Shown: positions 45,481 through 55,074 of the stretch, piece after piece | How positions within the stretch are numbered: position 1 is the first letter of the stretch | Layout of the letters: every line of letters begins with the position of its first letter | DNA from: Dehalococcoidia bacterium | GTDB lineage: Bacteria; Chloroflexota; Dehalococcoidia; Lucifugimonadales; UBA3495 | NCBI GenBank assembly: GCA_965249065.1 | Contig: CBDFLG010000001.1 | Span: 1,414,646 to 1,478,645 of the forward strand | Reading direction: 5' to 3' | Length of the DNA stretch: 64,000 bases | The notes under the pieces: model-generated | Seen by the model: the letters and a program-made list of their open reading frames with translations, nothing else | What the model was told of the DNA's origin: nothing | The model's database searches: none | Program-made: the position numbers and the translations under genes

Positions 45481-45688
45481 GGTTCGGACAAGACCAAATT
45501 ATACAAGCTGCCGTCTTTCATTCCTACAAAAACCAGCCTCAAATTTTACCAATTTAAGACATTAACCAAAACATTGCCTGCTTGCCGGGTATTTTTAAGG
45601 GTATCTCGGCCCAGCTGGGCCAACGAAAAGGCCCCGTCACCCAGCCCAGGGCCTTTCATTTTCCAGATACCCGCCTTGGCCTCCGCTC

Positions 45689-45709
45689 GCCCTGAGCCTG
45701 TCGAAGGGC
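45689..45709. repeat. small hairpin repeat gccctgagcSWgtcgaagggc (copy 2 of 2)
   Basis: 19/21 identical to 2289-2309. It sits between two 24-nt direct repeats (45619-45642 and 45774-45797). Confidence 0.6.
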
Positions 45710-45809
45710 CGTCCGTTCATGGTTCGGCAAGCTCTCCACGAGACGGATTGAGACGGATTCCCCGGCAACTTCAGCCAACGAAAATGCCCCGTCGCCCTGC
45801 CGGTTTAAG

Positions 45810-45838
45810 TTGACGCTCATAGTGTGCTGTGCTAATAT
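45810..45838 (+). promoter_or_regulatory. sigma70-like promoter TTGACG-17-TAATAT upstream of ribF
   Basis: ttgacg at 45810-45815 and taatat at 45833-45838. This leaves a GC-rich leader of about 145 nt before ATG 45989. Confidence 0.55.
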
Positions 45839-45988
45839 CTGCCCCACGGCGCACCTACTCACGGCGTCGATGTTGCGCGTCGCGCCGGCAGTCCAACCGG
45901 GCGCACCGGCGGCATTTGCCAGCCCCTCCGCGCCGCCTCAGACCCCAGAAACGTTTGGATACCGGGACGATAGGGGACCACAAAACCG

Positions 45989-46912
45989 ATGAGCTTCAGC
46001 CAGCGTTTGGCCGGCTTTACTCCTGATAAGGACACAGTGCTGACCGTCGGTGTGTTCGACGGCGTTCATCTGGGCCACAAGCACCTGCTCAACCACCTGA
46101 TTGACTGGGCCGGCCCCAGTTGCATCCCGGCCGTCATCACTTTTTCCAACCGCCCGGTGACCGTCTTCCGTCCCGGCACCTTTCCCAGCTACCTTACCAC
46201 ACCGGAGCACAAAGTCGGCTTGCTGCGCGAGGCCGGTGTCGAGCTGGTCGCGTCTTTGGAGTTCTCCGAAGAATTATCGCAGGTTTCCGCCCGCCAGTTC
46301 GCCGAACTGCTCTGCGGCTCGATGCGGATGAAGGGCCTGGTGCTTGGCCCTGACTCGGCCCTGGGGCAGGGACGCGAAGGCGATTTGGCATATATGCAGG
46401 CCGAGGGCGAGAGACTGGGCTTTTGGGTGCGGCCGGTTCCGCCGCTGGAGATAAACAACCAGCCGGTGAAGAGCCGCGTAATCCGGGAAGCTCTCGTCGC
46501 AGGCGACGTTTCCAGCGGCGCCCGGCTGCTGGGCCGCAATCATTCCCTCAGCGGCAAGGTAGTGGTGGGCGACCAGCGGGGGCGCACTCTTGGTTTCCCC
46601 ACGGCCAACCTCGACGTGTATCCCGGCCTGCTCTGGCCCGGCGACGGCATATATGCCACTTGGGCCCATATTGGCGGACGGCGCCACCTTTCGGCCACCT
46701 CCATCGGCGTCCGCCCCACCTTCGGCCTGACTCAGCGGCTGGTGGAAGTCTACGTTATGGACTTCAGTGGCGACCTGTACGGCCAGCAAATGAACGTCGA
46801 GTTCGTCGAGAAGGTGCGGAATCAGGAAACTTTCGCCGACATTGACGCCCTGATAGCGCGCATCGAGCAGGATGTGGCCGACTCCCGCGCCGTTCTAACC
46901 CGCGCCGGATAA
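45989..46912 (+). CDS. ribF: bifunctional riboflavin kinase / FMN adenylyltransferase
   Basis: GVFDGVHLGHKHLL and GFPTANL motifs, 307 aa. Confidence 0.95.
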   Translation: MSFSQRLAGFTPDKDTVLTVGVFDGVHLGHKHLLNHLIDWAGPSCIPAVITFSNRPVTVFRPGTFPSYLTTPEHKVGLLREAGVELVASLEFSEELSQVSARQFAELLCGSMRMKGLVLGPDSALGQGREGDLAYMQAEGERLGFWVRPVPPLEINNQPVKSRVIREALVAGDVSSGARLLGRNHSLSGKVVVGDQRGRTLGFPTANLDVYPGLLWPGDGIYATWAHIGGRRHLSATSIGVRPTFGLTQRLVEVYVMDFSGDLYGQQMNVEFVEKVRNQETFADIDALIARIEQDVADSRAVLTRAG

Positions 46913-46938
46913 AGAGCTTATTAAAGAGAGGGTAGGCG

Positions 46939-48174
46939 TTGCTCAGCCCTGAAACGCTGGACACAATCGTTAACCGAGGCGTCAGCGACATCATATCCCG
47001 CGAAGAGTTCCTTCGCCTGCTGCAATCGGGCCGCCCCCTGCGCCTCAAGATGGGCTTCGACCCCAGCCGCCCCGACATCCACCTCGGCCATGTCGTCGGC
47101 CTCCGCAAGCTACGCCAGTTGCAGGACCTGGGACACCAGGTCATCCTCATCGTAGGCGACTGGACGGCGCAGATTGGCGACCCCAGCGGCCAGTCGGCCA
47201 CCCGTCCCATGCTGACCCACGAGCAGGTGATGGAGAACGCCCAATCCTACCTGCGGCAGTTCTTCAAGGTGGTGGATGAAGATCGCGCCCAGGTAGTAGA
47301 GCAAAGCGAGTGGTTCGGCAAATTCACATTGGCCGACGTCATAGGGCTTACCGGCCGTTTCACCGTAGCCCAGTTTCTCCAACGGGCCGACTTCGCCCAT
47401 CGCTTCGCCGAGCAGCGGCCCATCGCGCTTACCGAACTGCTTTACCCCCTGCTGCAAGCCTACGATTCCGTAGCCATCGAGTCCGACGTGGAGTTTGGCG
47501 GCACCGACCAGATGTTCAACCTCCTGGTGGGACGCGAATTGCAGGGCATGATGGGCCAGACGCCGCAGCAGTGCTTTATGATGCCCATCCTGGTCGGCAC
47601 CGATGGCGTGCAGAAGATGAGCAAGAGCCTCGACAACTACGTCGCCGTGGACGAGCGCCCGGAAGATATGTACGGCAAGATAATGTCCATTGACGACGGC
47701 CAGATTGCCCGCTACTTCGAGCTGCTGACCGACCTGCCCGCCGCCGCCCTCACCGACCTGGAGCGAGACATAGCCCAAGATTCGGTCAACCCTATGCAGC
47801 ACAAGAAGCGGCTGGCCTGGGACATCACCAACCAGTTCCACGACGCCGCCTCCGCAGACGCCGCCCAAGCCCACTTTGAGCGCGTGGTGCAGGGCCGCAG
47901 CCTGCCCGACGATATGCCGGAAGTGTCGCTGGCGGACTTGCGGGAGCGTGCCGATGCGCCCAGTGGCGCCATACGCGCCGACCGCCTGCTAGTGGCCGCC
48001 GGTCTTGCCGCCAGTAACGCAGAGGCCCGCCGTCTCCTCTCCCAAGGCGCCGTCGAACTTCTGCCTGCGTCAGGCGAGCCCAACCGTCTGGACGACGATC
48101 GCGCTGCCGTAACACCCGCCGCCAGTGACGTGCTCCGCGCCGGCCGCCGCCGCTACGTCCGAATCATCGAGTAG
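46939..48174 (+). CDS. tyrS: tyrosine--tRNA ligase
   Basis: HLGH (PDIHLGHVVG) and KMSKS motifs, and a C-terminal S4-like domain. TTG start. Confidence 0.9.
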   Translation: MLSPETLDTIVNRGVSDIISREEFLRLLQSGRPLRLKMGFDPSRPDIHLGHVVGLRKLRQLQDLGHQVILIVGDWTAQIGDPSGQSATRPMLTHEQVMENAQSYLRQFFKVVDEDRAQVVEQSEWFGKFTLADVIGLTGRFTVAQFLQRADFAHRFAEQRPIALTELLYPLLQAYDSVAIESDVEFGGTDQMFNLLVGRELQGMMGQTPQQCFMMPILVGTDGVQKMSKSLDNYVAVDERPEDMYGKIMSIDDGQIARYFELLTDLPAAALTDLERDIAQDSVNPMQHKKRLAWDITNQFHDAASADAAQAHFERVVQGRSLPDDMPEVSLADLRERADAPSGAIRADRLLVAAGLAASNAEARRLLSQGAVELLPASGEPNRLDDDRAAVTPAASDVLRAGRRRYVRIIE

Positions 48175-48201
48175 TAACCGCGCCACTCGCCTTGTCAAGG
48201 G

Positions 48202-48696
48202 TTAGTGCGAGGGGTTGCCGTTGCCGTTCTGCTGGCGGAGTCTGGCGTTCTCGGCCTGAAGGTCTTCGACGGTTTGCTGGAGGGTGCGGATGTGTTCGCG
48301 CTGGCTCTGGCCGCCGCCGCTCCCTCCGTTGTTCATGGCTGTGATTAGCGCGGCGATCATTTCCTGATGCCGCCGTTCCGAGTCCTCAATGCGGCGTTCC
48401 CTGAGCTCCGCCTCTTCCCGCCGCCGCTCTTCTTCTTGGCGGCGGTTTTCTTCTTCCTGAGCGCGCTCCTCCCGCCGTCGCTCTTCTTGCCGCTCTTCAC
48501 GGCGTCTTTCTTCCAAGAGGAGCTCCTGATGCCGCCGCTCGGTGTTGGCTTCGCTCTCCATCCGGTCCAAGCGGCGCACTTTGAGATCAAAGTAGCTGGA
48601 CAGCATATGCGGTACTCCCAAGACGGCGAGCATGATGGCGATGTATGCTCCCGCTTGCAGGTATTCCAAGGTTGTCCATTGTTCCATATCTCCCAT
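48202..48696 (-). CDS. membrane-anchored protein with an E/R-rich charged helix
   Basis: One TM (AYIAIMLAVLGVPHML), then about 70 aa made almost only of E, R and Q, then a Gly-rich linker and a short coiled coil. Confidence 0.55.
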   Translation of the reverse strand: MGDMEQWTTLEYLQAGAYIAIMLAVLGVPHMLSSYFDLKVRRLDRMESEANTERRHQELLLEERRREERQEERRREERAQEEENRRQEEERRREEAELRERRIEDSERRHQEMIAALITAMNNGGSGGGQSQREHIRTLQQTVEDLQAENARLRQQNGNGNPSH

Positions 48697-48779
48697 TGCA
48701 CTTCAAATGACGCCTGACTGATGTAGGCAGGGCAATCGTGCTTTCCCCAAGCGATAATCTACACGTGGCAGTCCCCGCG

Positions 48780-48809
48780 TTGACACCCGCCGCCGCCGCT
48801 GACTAGACT
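48780..48809 (+). promoter_or_regulatory. possible promoter TTGACA-18-TAGACT upstream of the mutase gene
   Basis: ttgaca at 48780-48785 and tagact at 48804-48809. Confidence 0.4.
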
Positions 48810-48907
48810 TGCCGGTATAGGCCATCCCTGACGGCTGCCGGTTGGCGCCGTTCAATCATCACTCTGGCCCAATGACCCAATGACTCGGATGCTACGGAGG
48901 TAGTCCA

Positions 48908-50572
48908 TTGATTTCCGACCAGGAATTGCGACAGCTAAATGAGCGCACCGCCGACTGGCAGGAGCGCCAGAACCCGGACGCACAGCGCCGCCCGGAGTTT
49001 CGCACACCCTCCCAACTGCCCGTGGAGCAGCTCTACACCGCCGCCGACACCGCCAGTGACGGCTACATGGAGTCGGTAGGCTTGCCCGGGGAGTTCCCCT
49101 ACCTGCGGGGCATCCACGATTCCGGCTACCGGGGCCGCTTGTGGACTTTTCGTATGTTCGCCGGGTTCGGCCGTCCCCAAGAGACCAACGAGCGGTTCAA
49201 GTTCCTGCTGGAGCAGGGGCAGACCGGCCTCTCGGTGGCCTTCGATATGCCCACGCTCTACGGCTACGACACCGACGACCCGCGCGCCTATGGCGAGTTC
49301 GGCACCTGCGGCGTCGCCGTATCGTCGCTGGCCGACATGGAAACGTTGTTCGACGGTATCCGGCTTGACCAGATAACCACGTCCATGACCATCAACGCCC
49401 CCGCCGCCATCATCTGGGCCATGTACCTGGCCCTGGCCGAGAAGCAGGGCGCGCCGCTGGACAAAATCGGCGGCACCATTCAGAACGACATTCTGAAAGA
49501 GTACATCGCCCAGAACGAATACATCTTCCCGCCCGAGCCGTCGATGCGGCTGGTGACCGACACCGTGGAGTTCGGCGCGCGCCATGTGCCGCGCTGGAAC
49601 CCCATCAGCATCAGCGGCTACCACATCCGCGAGGCCGGCTCCAACGCGGTTCAGGAATTGGCCTTCACCCTGGCCGACGGGTTCGAGTACGTCCGCCACG
49701 CCCAAGAGCGCGGGCTGAACGTTGACGAATTTGCCCCGCGCCTCAGCTTCTTCTTCAACGTGCATAACAACTTCTTTGAGGAAATCGGCAAGTTCCGGGC
49801 TGCCCGCCGCATCTGGGCCCAAGAAATGCGCGACACCTTCGGCGCAACCGATACCCGCTCACACCGGCTGCGGTTCCACGCCCAGACCTCAGGCCAGTCG
49901 CTGACCGCTCAGCAACCGGAGAACAATGTCGTCCGTGTCTCGCTCCAGGCCCTTGCGGCGGTCTTGGGCGGATGCCAGTCGCTGCACACCAACGGCAAGG
50001 ACGAGGCCTGGGCGCTGCCATCGGAAGAGGCGGCCCTGCAAGCCCTCCGCACCCAGCAAATCATCGCCCACGAGACCGGCGTCACCGACACCGTGGACCC
50101 GCTGGGCGGCAGCTACTTCCTGGAAGTGATGACCAATCAGCTTGAAGCAGGCAGCTACGATTACTTCAGGCGCATCGAAGACGTGGGCGGCGTGATTCCG
50201 GCGCTGGAGACCGGCTTCCTGCAACGGGAAATCGCCGACGCCTCCTATCTCTACCAGATGGAGGAAGACCGCAAGGAGCGCATCACCGTCGGCGTCAACG
50301 AATACAACACCGGCGAGGAAATGGACATCCCGCTGCTCCGCGTAGACCGGGAGGGCGAACGCCTGCAAATCGAAGGCATCAACGAAGTCCGCCGCACCCG
50401 CGACAACCGCGATGTGGCGGAAAAGCTGCGCGCCCTCGAAGCCGCCGCCCGCGGCAACGAAAACCTGATGCCCCCGCTGATTGAGGCCGCCAAGTCCTAT
50501 GCCACTCTGGGCGAGATGATGGACGTCTTCCGCGACGTTTTCGGCGAATACCAACCCACTTGGGCCTTTTAG
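48908..50572 (+). CDS. methylmalonyl-CoA mutase family, catalytic (substrate-binding barrel) subunit without B12-binding domain
   Basis: [26 protein letters not shown] and [16 protein letters not shown] signatures. TTG start with GGAGG upstream. Confidence 0.9.
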   Translation: MISDQELRQLNERTADWQERQNPDAQRRPEFRTPSQLPVEQLYTAADTASDGYMESVGLPGEFPYLRGIHDSGYRGRLWTFRMFAGFGRPQETNERFKFLLEQGQTGLSVAFDMPTLYGYDTDDPRAYGEFGTCGVAVSSLADMETLFDGIRLDQITTSMTINAPAAIIWAMYLALAEKQGAPLDKIGGTIQNDILKEYIAQNEYIFPPEPSMRLVTDTVEFGARHVPRWNPISISGYHIREAGSNAVQELAFTLADGFEYVRHAQERGLNVDEFAPRLSFFFNVHNNFFEEIGKFRAARRIWAQEMRDTFGATDTRSHRLRFHAQTSGQSLTAQQPENNVVRVSLQALAAVLGGCQSLHTNGKDEAWALPSEEAALQALRTQQIIAHETGVTDTVDPLGGSYFLEVMTNQLEAGSYDYFRRIEDVGGVIPALETGFLQREIADASYLYQMEEDRKERITVGVNEYNTGEEMDIPLLRVDREGERLQIEGINEVRRTRDNRDVAEKLRALEAAARGNENLMPPLIEAAKSYATLGEMMDVFRDVFGEYQPTWAF

Positions 50573-50606
50573 CCAACCCGGTATTTCAGCCCGGAAGGAG
50601 TGCGAA

Positions 50607-51167
50607 GTGGCTACACAGCAACCGAAGCTCAAGTACACCTACGACGACTATTGCGAGCTGCCTGACGACGGCAAGCGGTACGAAATAATCGACGGAGTGC
50701 TGTACATGGCCCCTTCTCCACTGACCAGGCATCAAAGGATTGTGCAGAGGCTCTTCTTCATCCTGTGGCCGTTCGTCATGGATCGGGGGCTTGGTGAAGC
50801 GTTCATTGCTCCATACGACGTCATATTTTCGGATGACGACGTCTTTCAGCCGGACATACTCTTCGTAGCAACTGCCCGGCTGCACATCATCACGGAGCGG
50901 GCCTGCGAAGGGCCGCCGGACCTGGTGGTGGAAGTGCTGTCGCCGTCCACCCGCCAGCGCGACCTGGAGTTGAAGCGCAGCCGCTACGCACATTACGGAG
51001 TCTTGGAATACTGGCTGGCCGACCCGGAAACCCGGACCATCTTGGCGCTGGCGCTCTCCGATGGCGAATACCTGGAGCGAGGGACATTCGGCATTGGCGA
51101 CGAACTGACCACCCCGCTAATTCCCGGCCTGAGCATCCCGATAGCGCAGGTGTTCGAGAGAATCTAG
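50607..51167 (+). CDS. Uma2-family (DUF820) putative endonuclease, tandem copy 1
   Basis: YEIIDGVLYMAPSP, QPDILFV, PDLVVEVLSPSTRQRD and GVLEYWLADP motifs. GTG start. Confidence 0.8.
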   Translation: MATQQPKLKYTYDDYCELPDDGKRYEIIDGVLYMAPSPLTRHQRIVQRLFFILWPFVMDRGLGEAFIAPYDVIFSDDDVFQPDILFVATARLHIITERACEGPPDLVVEVLSPSTRQRDLELKRSRYAHYGVLEYWLADPETRTILALALSDGEYLERGTFGIGDELTTPLIPGLSIPIAQVFERI

Positions 51168-51255
51168 CCTGCCATATTGCAAATCCGAGTCGGCGAGTAC
51201 CGCCCCACCTAGATGTTCCAGCCAACTTGGCTATCCAACCCGGAAGGATCTGGGA

Positions 51256-51816
51256 ATGACCACTTCGCAGCCGAAGCTCAAGTACACCTACGACGACTAT
51301 TGCGAGTTGCCCGACGACGGCAACTGCTACGAAATAATTGATGGGGTGCTGTACATGGCGCTTGCGCCGTTGACCAGGCATCAAAGGATTGTTCGGAGCC
51401 TCTTCTTCATCCTGTGGCCGTTCGTCCGGGATGGTGGTCTTGGCGAAGTGTTCGATGCTCCTTGCGACGTCATATTTTCGGATGATGACGTCTTTCAGCC
51501 AGACATACTCTTCGTAGCAACTGCCCGGCTGCACATCATCACGGAGCGGGCCTGCGAAGGCCCGCCGGACCTGGTGGTGGAAGTGCTGTCGCCGTCCACC
51601 CGCCAGCGAGACCTGGAGTTGAAGCGCAGCCGCTACGCACAATACGGGGTCTTGGAATACTGGCTGGCCGACCCGGAAACCCGGACCATCCTGGCGCTGG
51701 CGCTCTCGGATGGCGAATACGTGGAGCGGGGGACATTCGGCATTGGCGACGAACTGACCACCTCGCTCATTCCCGGCCTGAGCATCCCGGTAGCGCAGGT
51801 GTTCGAGAGAATCTAG
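51256..51816 (+). CDS. Uma2-family (DUF820) putative endonuclease, tandem copy 2
   Basis: 186 aa, collinear with 50607-51167 and highly similar at the protein and DNA level. 649-bp duplication period. Confidence 0.8.
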   Translation: MTTSQPKLKYTYDDYCELPDDGNCYEIIDGVLYMALAPLTRHQRIVRSLFFILWPFVRDGGLGEVFDAPCDVIFSDDDVFQPDILFVATARLHIITERACEGPPDLVVEVLSPSTRQRDLELKRSRYAQYGVLEYWLADPETRTILALALSDGEYVERGTFGIGDELTTSLIPGLSIPVAQVFERI

Positions 51817-51847
51817 CGCGTCCTGCTGGAAATTGCGAAGGCGTATA

Positions 51848-51883
51848 ACAAAAGGGACCCGACCTGCGTTGGGTCCCTTTTGT
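51848..51883. terminator. bidirectional intrinsic terminator
   Basis: acaaaagggaccc pairs with gggtcccttttgt around a 10-nt loop, between the convergent Uma2 and EF-G genes. Confidence 0.7.
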
Positions 51884-51909
51884 GGTTGACTGTGCCTGCG
51901 AACCGGGGA

Positions 51910-53949
51910 TTAGTCCTCTTCTTCCCGCTGGCGCTTGGCTTCCTGGATGACTTTGGGTTCTAGGTTGGTAGGCACCGGCTCATAATGGTCGTACTCCATT
52001 GAGTAGGAGCCGCGGCCTTGGGACAAGGAACGCAGGTCCTGGGCGTAGCGCAATAGTTCCGACTGCGGCACCTCAGCGTCTATGACCGTCACGCGGTTTT
52101 CCGGCGCCATTCCCAAGATGCGTCCCCTCTTGACGTTCAGGTCGCTCATCACCTCGCCGGTGTAGGCGTCAGGCACCGTTACTGTCAGCCGCATCACTGG
52201 CTCCAGCAGTATGGGGCTGGCGTCGCTCACGCCCTTCTTCAACGCCTGGACACTGGCAATTTCGAAGGACATTCCCGACGAGTCAACGTCGTGGTAGCTG
52301 CCGTCGTACAGCACGGCCTTGAGGTCGACGATAGGGAAGCCGGCCAGCGCACCCTCGTCCAGGGCCTTGACCACCCCCTTTTCCACCGACGGGATGTACT
52401 CCCTGGGAATCCGTCCGCCCACCACTTCGTTGCCGAACTGGAAGCCCTGGTCGCGGTCCATTGGCTCCAGCCGGATCAGCACGTGCCCGTACTGGCCATG
52501 CCCGCCCGACTGCTTCTTGTGCCGGTACTCGGACTGGGTGGTGCGAGTGATAGTCTCCCGGTAGGGGACGCGGGGTAGCCTGACCCGCAGGTCGGCCCCG
52601 AACTTCCGCCTTATTTTGTCCATCGCCACGTCGATTTGAGCCTCGCCCAGCCCGGTAATCAGGGTCTCGCTGGTACTGGCGTTGCGCGACATCTGGAGGC
52701 TGGGGTCTTCCTCCACGATGCGGCCCAGGGACATGGACATCTTGTCTAGGTCAGCCTTGGACGCCGGGGACACCGCTACCCGGTAATAGCCGACGGGCAT
52801 CTGTATGGCGTCGAAGGTCACCTGATTGTCGCGGGCGCAGAGGGTGTCGCCGGTAACGGTGGACGACAGCTTGCCCACCGCGCCGATGTCGCCCGCGCCG
52901 ATTTCAGCCAGGTTTTCTTGGTTCTTGCCCTTGGGCAGGTAGAGCTGGCCCACCCGCTCGGACTGGCCCTGGTTGGCGTCCCAGACTTCGGAATTGCTCT
53001 TGATGGAACCCTGATAGACTCGGAAGAGGGACAGCTTGCCGACGAAGGGGTCAGCGGTGGTCTTGAATACAAAGGCGGCCAGCGGCGCGGTGGCGTCGGC
53101 CTCGAAAGACGCTTCGTCGCTTGAGCCGGCCTTGCTCAGGCGGGGCTTGACGCCATCCACCGGCGACGGCAGGTAAGAGCGGGTCATGTCCATAAATTCG
53201 GCGACGCCGATATTCTCGGAAGCCGAAGTGGCCAGGATGGGGACCACTTCGCCGCGCACTACCGCTCCGCGCAGCGCGGCCTGGATTTCCTCGGCGGTCA
53301 GTTCTTCTCCGCTGAGATAGCGGTCGGCCAGTTCATCGTCGCTTTCGGCGGCGGCTTCGATGAGGCGCTCACGGGCCGCTTCAACTTCATCAGCCAGTTC
53401 CGGGGGGACATCGGCGTTGGGGTCCACCACGCTGACCACACCCTTGAAGCTTTCGGCCTGGCCGATGGGAATCTGGAAAGGAACGCAATGCCTCCCGAAA
53501 GTGGCCTGGATATCGGCCACGTTGCGGTTGAATTCGGCGTTCTCCCGGTCCATCTTGTTGACGATGATGAGTCGCGGCAGCTTGCTGGACTCGCACATAT
53601 TCCAAGCCCGCTCAGTTCCCACGTCAACGCCGGAGGGCGCGGCGATCAGAATGGCGGCGCCTTCGACAACCCGAAGCGCGCTTACCACTTCGCCGAGGAA
53701 GTCATCGTAGCCGGGCGTGTCCAGGAAATTGAACTTGCAGCCGTCTCCGGCAACGGCGATGAGGGTGGTCTGGATGCTGCTGCCCCGCTTGACTTCTTCC
53801 GGCTCATAGTCGGAGACGGTGTTACCGTCCTCAATGCGGCCCTGGCGGGTCACCGCCTTGGTGCTGAAGAGCGCTGCCTCGCAAAGCGATGTCTTTCCAG
53901 CGCCGGAATGTGAAAGCAGGGCCACGTTTCTTATGCTGTTAGCATCCAT
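51910..53949 (-). CDS. elongation factor G paralogue (EF-G2-like translational GTPase)
   Basis: Start at ATG 53949. G motifs SHSGAGKTS, DTPGYDDF and NKMD. Five-domain length. Confidence 0.85.
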   Translation of the reverse strand: MDANSIRNVALLSHSGAGKTSLCEAALFSTKAVTRQGRIEDGNTVSDYEPEEVKRGSSIQTTLIAVAGDGCKFNFLDTPGYDDFLGEVVSALRVVEGAAILIAAPSGVDVGTERAWNMCESSKLPRLIIVNKMDRENAEFNRNVADIQATFGRHCVPFQIPIGQAESFKGVVSVVDPNADVPPELADEVEAARERLIEAAAESDDELADRYLSGEELTAEEIQAALRGAVVRGEVVPILATSASENIGVAEFMDMTRSYLPSPVDGVKPRLSKAGSSDEASFEADATAPLAAFVFKTTADPFVGKLSLFRVYQGSIKSNSEVWDANQGQSERVGQLYLPKGKNQENLAEIGAGDIGAVGKLSSTVTGDTLCARDNQVTFDAIQMPVGYYRVAVSPASKADLDKMSMSLGRIVEEDPSLQMSRNASTSETLITGLGEAQIDVAMDKIRRKFGADLRVRLPRVPYRETITRTTQSEYRHKKQSGGHGQYGHVLIRLEPMDRDQGFQFGNEVVGGRIPREYIPSVEKGVVKALDEGALAGFPIVDLKAVLYDGSYHDVDSSGMSFEIASVQALKKGVSDASPILLEPVMRLTVTVPDAYTGEVMSDLNVKRGRILGMAPENRVTVIDAEVPQSELLRYAQDLRSLSQGRGSYSMEYDHYEPVPTNLEPKVIQEAKRQREEED

Positions 53950-54109
53950 AAAGAGCGTTGCTCCCTCTTGCAGAGTCTCTGCGCCTGACACTGCACCTGC
54001 TACGAAAAAACGGGGTGGCATACAGGCGCAAACCGCGTCAACATATCAGGCGCGGACGGATAAGCTATTGTATAAGTTGAGTCAAACTGGCGCAACAGCC
54101 GTTCTGCAT

Positions 54110-54346
54110 CAGGGCAATCGCGTTTTAATTCGTAACGGCCCAATGCTTCGCTATTTTGAAGTTTCGGCACTCTGGAAACCCTTGAATTACCATGCAGGAT
54201 GCGGCAGGATGCGAGATGTGAACGGCTTGATGGCTAAGGAGGCATCAAGAAAAGCAAGGTTTTGGCCGAAGCACACTGTCCTTTGTCGTTATTATTGGAC
54301 CATTTGATACTCATTATGGCCGAAAGGTTATAACGCGATTGCCCTG
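54110..54346. repeat. inverted pair of the CAGGGCAATCGCGTT motif enclosing about 207 nt of AT-richer DNA
   Basis: cagggcaatcgcgtt at 54110-54124 and its exact reverse complement at 54332-54346. Confidence 0.8.
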
Positions 54347-54407
54347 TCGCAGCGCAGCCTGGGGGGCAAGGTCTTTTGATTGTGGCAGAACGTCTCCCTA
54401 CATAGCG

Positions 54408-54779
54408 CTACCACGACCGGACGAAATTTGCCAGGGGGCCGTTGGGGCCGCACTGGGGATAGAGGCTTTGTATGATGCTGAGGGGGTTGGGGCAGGTGTT
54501 GGATTTTTGGCAGCGCTCTAGGTATCGGTGAAGGTCGGTAAAGGTGTTTAGGCGGAAGCCGCGGGCGACTAGCCGCTGGATGAAGGGCTGGGACACGGGC
54601 AAGGAGCCAGGGGCCGGGGCCGGGCTGCTGCTGCCGGCGTTGGCGCGTTCGACGGCCCACTGGTCGCAGAATTCTTCGGCGATGGGGTGGAGGCGCGCTA
54701 CGGCTAGGGGGATAGCGTATTTGCGGCGCAGGTAATCGATGCGGTTTCTGACCTGGATCAAGGTCTGGCTTAAGGACAT
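54408..54779 (-). CDS. hypothetical protein
   Basis: 123-aa ORF with ordinary amino-acid composition (MSLSQTLIQVRNRIDYLRRKYAIPLAV...). No motif recognised. Confidence 0.5.
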   Translation of the reverse strand: MSLSQTLIQVRNRIDYLRRKYAIPLAVARLHPIAEEFCDQWAVERANAGSSSPAPAPGSLPVSQPFIQRLVARGFRLNTFTDLHRYLERCQKSNTCPNPLSIIQSLYPQCGPNGPLANFVRSW

Positions 54780-54929
54780 GGTTTCAGCTCCGGCGCGTAT
54801 TTGGATGGGCTGGCGGGCTGGAAATTTTCACTTTCCCGGTCATTTCCGCTCATTTCCGGCCGTTTCCGCCAGTGGCTGGATTTGGGCTGGGTTTTGGTGT
54901 TGGCGGGGTTTCCGATCGGTACATAAATA

Positions 54930-54959
54930 ATGCTACGGGGGTGTGCCAGGGGTTGGCAA
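54930..54959 (-). promoter_or_regulatory. promoter-like module TTGCCA-18-TAGCAT facing the 54408-54779 gene
   Basis: Minus strand reads cccccTTGCCAacccctggcacacccccgTAGCATtat. The block is 38/47 identical to 8047-8093. Confidence 0.35.
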
Positions 54960-55074
54960 GGGGGAAGTGTCAGGAACAAGCGGTGGGGGCTTTCAACAAT
55001 AATGCTACGGGGGGGCACCACAGAGGCACAGAGGACGCAGAGGGAACATGAGGGCATCCGCAAGTCCCTTGTCC

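Noticed and set aside
45840-45988. FMN riboswitch in the ribF leader.
   Set aside because: None of the conserved RFN-element segments are recognisable by eye. ribF is also not a typical FMN-riboswitch target. A covariance-model scan would be needed for certainty.
46913-46938. T-box leader upstream of tyrS.
   Set aside because: Only 26 nt separate ribF and tyrS, which is far too short for a T-box. tyrS is probably co-transcribed with ribF.
48697-48907. Cobalamin riboswitch upstream of the B12-dependent mutase gene.
   Set aside because: No B12-box-like sequence or the usual GC-rich multi-stem core could be recognised. The region is better explained by a promoter-like site and a stray copy of the cagggcaatcg repeat.
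54408-54779. The hypothetical protein as a truncated tyrosine-recombinase N-terminal (SAM-like) domain. The segment FIQRLVARGFRLNTFTDLHRYLERC prompted the idea.
   Set aside because: The similarity is only impressionistic. No catalytic-domain remnant is visible downstream in any frame. It is kept as a hypothetical protein.
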